DNA of 12,776 nt from Leidyana gryllorum EB-2025a (lineage: Eukaryota > Protista > Apicomplexa). The first letter of the stretch is position 1, and every line of letters begins with the position of its first letter. Shown here piece after piece: positions 1-7,813 of this stretch. The translations under genes were made by a program, and so were the position numbers. Location of the stretch: contig JBLWGC010000076.1 of assembly GCA_048772705.1 (NCBI GenBank), positions 1 through 12,776 of the forward strand, in the 5' to 3' direction. A model generated the notes under the pieces. The model saw only the letters and a program-made list of their open reading frames with translations. It was not told the origin of the DNA and ran no database searches.

Positions 1-36
1 AAACAGACAGTCAATGGCGAGCAAACGATTAATCAA

Positions 37-242
37 TAAAAATGCTATATAAACATCTATGCGAGCATATCCTCAGCATGAGCGGTGGAAGCGGCGTTTT
101 TGCGACGACGCTTCTGGTACACGACTGCCCGCGCAATCGTAAAAATGCTATATAAACACCTATGCGAGCATATCCTCAGCATGAGCGGTGGAAGCGGCGT
201 TGTTGCGACGACGCTTTTGGTACACGAATGCCCCCGCAATCG
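37..242. repeat. 103-bp tandem duplication covering the end of the TM helix, cytoplasmic tail, stop codon and proximal 3' UTR
   Basis: 37-139 versus 140-242 differ by 5 mismatches (~95% identity). Also at 2581-2786, 5125-5330, 7691-7896 and 10247-10452. Confidence 0.97.
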
Positions 243-1949
243 CAGTGAGCCCCAGAGTTCCGAAGCCCAATGCGTACAGGAACGGTTTGGGAGTGTAGTC
301 ATGTACCAGACCGTTGTAGTAGTATACAGCGGTCGAGGCCACGGACGAGGCACTGTCCGTTATGGCGTTGATCAAATGATCCAGGAAAGATAGAGCACGG
401 GGGCTTGACGGCTTGTTGCGACGCAGACCACCAGTAGAGAATCCGGGTTGAGAAACATCTCCGGTATCGGCATCTGCCGCGAGATCCTCCTGCTGCTGCT
501 GCTGCTCGGAGATAGGGGTGACAAACAATTCCTCCGATTGCTCTTCGGCGATCAGAACATCAGCAGATGCGCCCATCAGTTCGGCTTCCGGCTCCTCCTC
601 GGCAACCATCACTTCAGCTGAGGCTCCAACCAATTCGGCATCCGCCTGTTCCTCCTCTAGAACCTCAGCTTGGGGGGCTATCACTTCTGCTGCAGTCAAT
701 ACGATGACAACGGGTTCTTCAGCGATTTCTGCTTCGAGTGGCTCAGCAACGGCCTCCCACTGAGCGACCACGGGGGTAGCAGTCGTTTCGGTGGCGGCTG
801 CGGCTTGACCCTCGACTTCGGAATCGCCATTTTCTACCAATTCTGTCTCTTGGCCGACCTGGAGAACGGTTTCCTCCGATTGATCAGCATCGAGACCTTC
901 CAACAACACATCCAATAGCAATTCCGGGATAAGGTCTTCAACAGGCTCCTGAGGGAACGATTCAGCACCAGGAGTAGAATCTTCAGCAGCGGGGGTAGAA
1001 TCTTCAGCAGCGGGGGAAGAATCTTCAGCAGCAGGGGTAGAATCTTCAGCAGCAGGGGTAGAATCTTCAGCAGCAGCAGCTGTAGTGTCTGGAATAGGGG
1101 TTGAGGAAACCTCGGCTCCAGTCAACAGATCTGTGAGAGCATTGCGAGATTGATCAAACAATTTTTCGATCTTTTCGACCAAATCTGATGGCAGTGGAGC
1201 GTCACGGGCATTGCGGATCAACTCCTGGTCTCCGGCGGGCACTGATGAAGTTGTGATCTCCGAATCGTCGTCGAACGGTGTAGTAGTGGTCGTGGAAGTG
1301 GTCGTGTCCTTGCGCATGCCTCCGAGGAAAATTTGTTCGCCTTCCGGAGCTTCAAACAGCTGTATGATGGTGTGGTCTTGGATCGGCAGCTGTTCCTGCT
1401 CTGAAACGGCTGGTATAGGAGTAAGCGCGGTCGAAGCGGTGGCGCCTCCGCGCGTCACTTCCTCCATTTGGCGGTCCGTTTGGGCCTGTGTTTCTGCAGC
1501 ACGTTGTGCAGAGTCAATATCATCGACTATTTCGTCAACGAGTTGTTCCAAGCCGGGGGCCACTAGTGACGATATGGATGGATACATTGCGGTTTCACGT
1601 ACTGTGCTCTGAGATAACAGCGAGTTGTTTAGCGAAAACTCCGTTCAAGATATTGCCGTAGAGCTCGATCATTTGAGAATCCTGCAAGAAGCGGGGAAGA
1701 TTGTGAGATGTGACGTCAGCATCCGCCGCCAATTGTTGCTCCTCGAGGGGAGATTCCTCGATCTTGATTTCGGCATAGTCTGTCAGAATTGATGAGCATT
1801 CGCATAGTTGGGGCGCCTTACCAGCAACATCCATGGTCAGTGGAACATCTGTGGCGGCAACACCAACAGCGAAAAGAACTACAGACGCAATTAATCTTTG
1901 ACACAAACACCTTTCACCTACCAGTGGTAATGGTGAATGACGCAAGCAT
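160..1949 (-). CDS. Copy 1: spliced 554-aa acidic, mucin-like type I membrane (surface) protein
   Basis: Exons 1949-1922, 1878-1822, 1779-1603 and 1562-160 total 1665 nt in one open frame. The N-terminus MLASFTITTVLFAVGVAA-TDVP is signal-peptide-like. TM helix FLYALGFGTLGLTAIAGAFVY (220-282) is followed by the stop-transfer QKRRR. The spliced product has no Cys. Confidence 0.88.
490..504 (-). repeat. (CAG)5 poly-Q microsatellite
   Basis: CTG x5 on the + strand, invariant among copies. Confidence 0.9.
547..654 (-). repeat. Diverged 18-aa coding repeat x2
   Basis: EEQADAELVGASAEVMVA (654-601) and EEEPEAELMGASADVLIA (600-547). Present in all copies. Confidence 0.85.
970..1074 (-). repeat. Coding 21-bp VNTR, AAEDS(T/S)P x5 (N-to-C order T,T,S,T,T)
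   Basis: Direct 21-bp repeats with core AGAATCTTCAGCAGC. Confidence 0.97.
1563..1602 (-). other. Intron 3 (40 nt, phase 1)
   Basis: A|GTACGT...TCACTAG|TG. It removes the TGA that ends the 116-aa ORF and fuses it in frame to the long ORF (...SEH-M-APGLEQ...). Also at 4107-4146, 6672-6711, 9228-9267 and 11794-11833. Confidence 0.9.
1780..1821 (-). other. Intron 2 (42 nt, phase 1, frame-preserving)
   Basis: G|GTAAGG...TTCTGACAG|AC has a strong donor and the same size class as the other introns, but removal is not required for an open frame. Also at 4324-4365, 6889-6930, 9445-9486 and 12011-12052. Confidence 0.72.
1879..1921 (-). other. Intron 1 (43 nt, phase 1)
   Basis: G|GTAGGT...TCTGTAG|TT. 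Removal joins the ATG at 1949 in frame to LFAVGVAA and creates a signal peptide. Also at 4423-4465, 6988-7030, 9544-9586 and 12110-12152. Confidence 0.85.
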
Positions 1950-2520
1950 GATTGAAGCGTTGAACTCCTTCTCGGAATCGACCCTAGACTATGATTCGAT
2001 CATGTCAACAGTATGCCCCAATTATTAAGATTAAATAAAATCATCGAACACATCATCGAACACATCATCGAACACGTATAAATTGATGACCATCAGCCCC
2101 CTAGCACCGTGCATCCGCCATGTGAACTGTGCAAAATAGTGTGACGATTCCAACATAGCGGTAGAACGACCAACCTATCACACAGTATGTTTACGGCGTG
2201 TGGCATATAAGCCCAAGCTACTGTGCAACTGTGTATTGACCCCAGTACAGGCTTTCTCCATGTGGATGCCCGGTCGAACGGCGACCTTGGGTGTGTGCGC
2301 AGGATATATTATTATGTTTGACCGGGTGTGTCACGGCTCTGTATAACGGCAGAGTGTGTAATACGCGGACAAATATCGTCTAGATGGATATAGGGGTCGT
2401 ACAATGAAATTCAACTTAGGTTGGTCCTGCATTTAATCATACAATCTAAACTAAAAAGTCAAAGGATGTGTGTGTTTCAATAGACATAGCCCTTCTCGCA
2501 AAGGTTGCCAGCAGATGCAA
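1950..2520 (-). promoter_or_regulatory. Putative 5' UTR and promoter region of copy 1 (repeated in each unit)
   Basis: Non-coding, more AT-rich spacer upstream of the ATG. It contains an AT-rich block (2021-2040), the 12-bp triplet repeat and several ACACAC motifs. The TSS cannot be determined. Confidence 0.5.
2040..2075. repeat. Perfect 12-bp tandem repeat (ATCATCGAACAC)x3 upstream of the start codon
   Basis: Three exact copies 91-126 bp upstream of the ATG. Also at 4584-4619, 7149-7184, 9705-9740 and 12271-12306. Confidence 0.95.
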
Positions 2521-2556
2521 CTATTTAGAACAGACAGTCCTATTAAACAGACAGTC
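2521..2556. repeat. Short imperfect direct repeat between adjacent genes
   Basis: CTATTTAGAACAGACAGTC / CTATTAAACAGACAGTC. Also at 5065-5100, 7631-7666 and 10187-10222, and split across the window ends. Confidence 0.9.
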
Positions 2557-2703
2557 AATGGCGAGCAAACGATTAATCAATAAAAATGCTATATAAACAT
2601 CTATGCGAGCATATCCTCAGCATGAGCGGTGGAAGCGGCGTTTTTGCGACGACGCTTCTGGTACACGACTGCCCGCGCAATCGTAAAAATGCTATATAAA
2701 CAC

Positions 2704-4493
2704 CTATGCGAGCATATCCTCAGCATGAGCGGTGGAAGCGGCGTTGTTGCGACGACGCTTTTGGTACACGAATGCCCCCGCAATCGCAGTGAGCCCCAGA
2801 GTTCCGAAGCCCAATGCGTACAGGAACGGTTTGGGAGTGTAGTCATGTACCAGACCGTTGTAGTAGTATACAGCGGTCGAGGCCACGGACGAGGCACTGT
2901 CCGTTATGGCGTTGATCAAATGATCCAGGAAAGATAGAGCACGGGGGCTTGACGGCTTGTTGCGACGCAGACCACCAGTAGAGAATCCGGGTTGAGAAAC
3001 ATCTCCGGTATCGGCATCTGCCGCGAGATCCTCCTGCTGCTGCTGCTGCTCGGAGATAGGGGTGACAAACAATTCCTCCGATTGCTCTTCGGCGATCAGA
3101 ACATCAGCAGATGCGCCCATCAGTTCGGCTTCCGGCTCCTCCTCGGCAACCATCACTTCAGCTGAGGCTCCAACCAATTCGGCATCCGCCTGTTCCTCCT
3201 CTAGAACCTCAGCTTGGGGGGCTATCACTTCTGCTGCAGTCAATACGATGACAACGGGTTCTTCAGCGATTTCTGCTTCGAGTGGCTCAGCAACGGCCTC
3301 CCACTGAGCGACCACGGGGGTAGCAGTCGTTTCGGTGGCGGCTGCGGCTTGACCCTCGACTTCGGAATCGCCATTTTCTACCAATTCTGTCTCTTGGCCG
3401 ACCTGGAGAACGGTTTCCTCCGATTGATCAGCATCGAGACCTTCCAACAACACATCCAATAGCAATTCCGGGATAAGGTCTTCAACAGGCTCCTGAGGGA
3501 ACGATTCAGCACCAGGAGTAGAATCTTCAGCAGCGGGGGAAGAATCTTCAGCAGCAGGGGTAGAATCTTCAGCAGCAGGGGTAGAATCTTCAGCAGCAGG
3601 GGTAGAATCTTCAGCAGCAGCAGCTGTAGTGTCTGGAATAGGGGTTGAGGAAACCTCGGCTCCAGTCAACAGATCTGTGAGAGCATTGCGAGATTGATCA
3701 AACAATTTTTCGATCTTTTCGACCAAATCTGATGGCAGTGGAGCGTCACGGGCATTGCGGATCAACTCCTGGTCTCCGGCGGGCACTGATGAAGTTGTGA
3801 TCTTCGAATCGTCGTCGAACGGTGTAGTAGTGGTCGTGGAAGTGGTCGTGTCCTTGCGCATGCCTCCGAGGAAAATTTGTTCGCCTTCCGGAGCTTCAAA
3901 CAGCTGTATGATGGTGTGGTCTTGGATCGGCAGCTGTTCCTGCTCTGAAACGGCTGGTATAGGAGTAAGCGCGGTCGAAGCGGTGGCGCCTCCGCGCGTC
4001 ACTTCCTCCATTTGGCGGTCCGTTTGGGCCTGTGTTTCTGCAGCACGTTGTGCAGAGTCAATATCATCGACTATTTCGTCAACGAGTTGTTCCAAGCCGG
4101 GGGCCACTAGTGACGATATGGATGGATACATTGCGGTTTCACGTACTGTGCTCTGAGATAACAGCGAGTTGTTTAGCGAAAACTCCGTTCAAGATATTGC
4201 CGTAGAGCTCGATCATTTGAGAATCCTGCAAGAAGCGGGGAAGATTGTGAGATGTGACGTCAGCATCCGCCGCCAATTGTTGCTCCTCGAGGGGAGATTC
4301 CTCGATCTTGATTTCGGCATAGTCTGTCAGAATTGATGAGCATTCGCATAGTTGGGGCGCCTTACCAGCAACATCCATGGTCAGTGGAACATCTGTGGCG
4401 GCAACACCAACAGCGAAAAGAACTACAGACGCAATTAATCTTTGACACAAACACCTTTCACCTACCAGTGGTAATGGTGAATGACGCAAGCAT
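2704..4493 (-). CDS. Copy 2: spliced 554-aa paralog
   Basis: Exons 4493-4466, 4422-4366, 4323-4147 and 4106-2704. It has a private E>K change (C>T at 3804) and a different order of the 5 heptad repeats. Confidence 0.88.
3514..3618 (-). repeat. Coding 21-bp VNTR x5 (T,T,T,S,T)
   Basis: Same unit in a different order. Confidence 0.97.
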
Positions 4494-5247
4494 GATTGAA
4501 GCGTTGAACTCCTTCTCGGAATCGACCCTAGACTATGATTCGATCATGTCAACAGTATGCCCCAATTATTAAGATTAAATAAAATCATCGAACACATCAT
4601 CGAACACATCATCGAACACGTATAAATTGATGACCATCAGCCCCCTAGCACCGTGCATCCGCCATGTGAACTGTGCAAAATAGTGTGACGATTCCAACAT
4701 AGCGGTAGAACGACCAACCTATCACACAGTATGTTTACGGCGTGTGGCATATAAGCCCAAGCTACTGTGCAACTGTGTATTGACCCCAGTACAGGCTTTC
4801 TCCATGTGGATGCCCGGTCGAACGGCGACCTTGGGTGTGTGCGCAGGATATATTATTATGTTTGACCGGGTGTGTCACGGCTCTGTATAACGGCAGAGTG
4901 TGTAATACGCGGACAAATATCGTCTAGATGGATATAGGGGTCGTACAATGAAATTCAACTTAGGTTGGTCCTGCATTTAATCATACAATCTAAACTAAAA
5001 AGTCAAAGGATGTGTGTGTTTCAATAGACATAGCCCTTCTCGCAAAGGTTGCCAGCAGATGCAACTATTTAGAACAGACAGTCCTATTAAACAGACAGTC
5101 AATGGCGAGCAAACGATTAATCAATAAAAATGCTATATAAACATCTATGCGAGCATATCCTCAGCATGAGCGGTGGAAGCGGCGTTTTTGCGACGACGCT
5201 TCTGGTACACGACTGCCCGCGCAATCGTAAAAATGCTATATAAACAC

Positions 5248-7058
5248 CTATGCGAGCATATCCTCAGCATGAGCGGTGGAAGCGGCGTTGTTGCGACGAC
5301 GCTTTTGGTACACGAATGCCCCCGCAATCGCAGTGAGCCCCAGAGTTCCGAAGCCCAATGCGTACAGGAACGGTTTGGGAGTGTAGTCATGTACCAGACC
5401 GTTGTAGTAGTATACAGCGGTCGAGGCCACGGACGAGGCACTGTCCGTTATGGCGTTGATCAAATGATCCAGGAAAGATAGAGCACGGGGGCTTGACGGC
5501 TTGTTGCGACGCAGACCACCAGTAGAGAATCCGGGTTGAGAAACATCTCCGGTATCGGCATCTGCCGCGAGATCCTCCTGCTGCTGCTGCTGCTCGGAGA
5601 TAGGGGTGACAAACAATTCCTCCGATTGCTCTTCGGCGATCAGAACATCAGCAGATGCGCCCATCAGTTCGGCTTCCGGCTCCTCCTCGGCAACCATCAC
5701 TTCAGCTGAGGCTCCAACCAATTCGGCATCCGCCTGTTCCTCCTCTAGAACCTCAGCTTGGGGGGCTATCACTTCTGCTGCAGTCAATACGATGACAACG
5801 GGTTCTTCAGCGATTTCTGCTTCGAGTGGCTCAGCAACGGCCTCCCACTGAGCGACCACGGGGGTAGCAGTCGTTTCGGTGGCGGCTGCGGCTTGACCCT
5901 CGACTTCGGAATCGCCATTTTCTACCAATTCTGTCTCTTGGCCGACCTGGAGAACGGTTTCCTCCGATTGATCAGCATCGAGACCTTCCAACAACACATC
6001 CAATAGCAATTCCGGGATAAGGTCTTCAACAGGCTCCTGAGGGAACGATTCAGCACCAGGAGTAGAATCTTCAGCAGCGGGGGTAGAATCTTCAGCAGCG
6101 GGGGAAGAATCTTCAGCAGCGGGGGAAGAATCTTCAGCAGCAGGGGTAGAATCTTCAGCAGCAGGGGTAGAATCTTCAGCAGCAGCAGCTGTAGTGTCTG
6201 GAATAGGGGTTGAGGAAACCTCGGCTCCAGTCAACAGATCTGTGAGAGCATTGCGAGATTGATCAAACAATTTTTCGATCTTTTCGACCAAATCTGATGG
6301 CAGTGGAGCGTCACGGGCATTGCGGATCAACTCCTGGTCTCCGGCGGGCACTGATGAAGTTGTGATCTCCGAATCGTCGTCGAACGGTGTAGTAGTGGTC
6401 GTGGAAGTGGTCGTGTCCTTGCGCATGCCTCCGAGGAAAATTTGTTCGCCTTCCGGAGCTTCAAACAGCTGTATGATGGTGTGGTCTTGGATCGGCAGCT
6501 GTTCCTGCTCTGAAACGGCTGGTATAGGAGTAAGCGCGGTCGAAGCGGTGGCGCCTCCGCGCGTCACTTCCTCCATTTGGCGGTCCGTTTGGGCCTGTGT
6601 TTCTGCAGCACGTTGTGCAGAGTCAATATCATCGACTATTTCGTCAACGAGTTGTTCCAAGCCGGGGGCCACTAGTGACGATATGGATGGATACATTGCG
6701 GTTTCACGTACTGTGCTCTGAGATAACAGCGAGTTGTTTAGCGAAAACTCCGTTCAAGATATTGCCGTAGAGCTCGATCATTTGAGAATCCTGCAAGAAG
6801 CGGGGAAGATTGTGAGATGTGACGTCAGCATCCGCCGCCAATTGTTGCTCCTCGAGGGGAGATTCCTCGATCTTGATTTCGGCATAGTCTGTCAGAATTG
6901 ATGAGCATTCGCATAGTTGGGGCGCCTTACCAGCAACATCCATGGTCAGTGGAACATCTGTGGCGGCAACACCAACAGCGAAAAGAACTACAGACGCAAT
7001 TAATCTTTGACACAAACACCTTTCACCTACCAGTGGTAATGGTGAATGACGCAAGCAT
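5248..7058 (-). CDS. Copy 3: spliced 561-aa paralog
   Basis: Exons 7058-7031, 6987-6931, 6888-6712 and 6671-5248, with 6 heptad repeats. Confidence 0.88.
6058..6183 (-). repeat. Coding 21-bp VNTR x6 (T,T,S,S,T,T)
   Basis: One extra unit relative to copy 1. Confidence 0.97.
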
Positions 7059-7813
7059 GATTGAAGCGTTGAACTCCTTCTCGGAATCGACCCTAGACTA
7101 TGATTCGATCATGTCAACAGTATGCCCCAATTATTAAGATTAAATAAAATCATCGAACACATCATCGAACACATCATCGAACACGTATAAATTGATGACC
7201 ATCAGCCCCCTAGCACCGTGCATCCGCCATGTGAACTGTGCAAAATAGTAGTGACGATTCCAACATAGCGGTAGAACGACCAACCTATCACACAGTATGT
7301 TTACGGCGTGTGGCATATAAGCCCAAGCTACTGTGCAACTGTGTATTGACCCCAGTACAGGCTTTCTCCATGTGGATGCCCGGTCGAACGGCGACCTTGG
7401 GTGTGTGCGCAGGATATATTATTATGTTTGACCGGGTGTGTCACGGCTCTGTATAACGGCAGAGTGTGTAATACGCGGACAAATATCGTCTAGATGGATA
7501 TAGGGGTCGTACAATGAAATTCAACTTAGGTTGGTCCTGCATTTAATCATACAATCTAAACTAAAAAGTCAAAGGATGTGTGTGTTTCAATAGACATAGC
7601 CCTTCTCGCAAAGGTTGCCAGCAGATGCAACTATTTAGAACAGACAGTCCTATTAAACAGACAGTCAATGGCGAGCAAACGATTAATCAATAAAAATGCT
7701 ATATAAACATCTATGCGAGCATATCCTCAGCATGAGCGGTGGAAGCGGCGTTTTTGCGACGACGCTTCTGGTACACGACTGCCCGCGCAATCGTAAAAAT
7801 GCTATATAAACAC

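Noticed and set aside
35-40. AATAAA polyadenylation signal
   Set aside because: It is on the strand opposite to the gene.
160-282. TRAP/MIC2-family adhesin, suggested by AIAGA in the TM helix
   Set aside because: There are no vWA or TSR domains, no Cys and no subterminal Trp in the tail, and AIAGA is at the cytoplasmic rather than luminal end of the helix.
57-353. 98-aa minus-strand ORF with the same C-terminus as the main protein
   Set aside because: It is an alternative frame of the main CDS running into the 103-bp duplicate, and it has a non-ATG start.
970-1074. CRISPR array or transposon-type repeats
   Set aside because: The repeats are contiguous, lack spacers and are in-frame coding. 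There are no cas, transposase or reverse transcriptase ORFs and no terminal inverted repeats.
160-1587. 475-aa ORF starting MYPSISSLV as the complete gene
   Set aside because: Its ATG lies inside predicted intron 3, and the product would have a C-terminal TM helix without a signal peptide.
1682-1714. Possible extra 33-nt in-frame intron ending CTTCTTGCAG
   Set aside because: The acceptor looks good, but the donor GTCACA is poor and the length is below the 40-43 nt class. If real, it would remove the RFLQD motif.
1595-1945. Stand-alone 116-aa ORF (and its four copies)
   Set aside because: It has a TTG start and reads through introns 1 and 2. It is better explained as exons 2-3 of the spliced gene.
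85-2028. Plus-strand ORFs of 79-133 aa
   Set aside because: These are antisense shadows of the low-complexity CDS, mostly with non-ATG starts and no recognisable features.
7238-7456. 72-aa intergenic ORF in copies 3-5
   Set aside because: It has a GTG start, exists at this length only because of the 1-bp insertion, and shows no coding signature.
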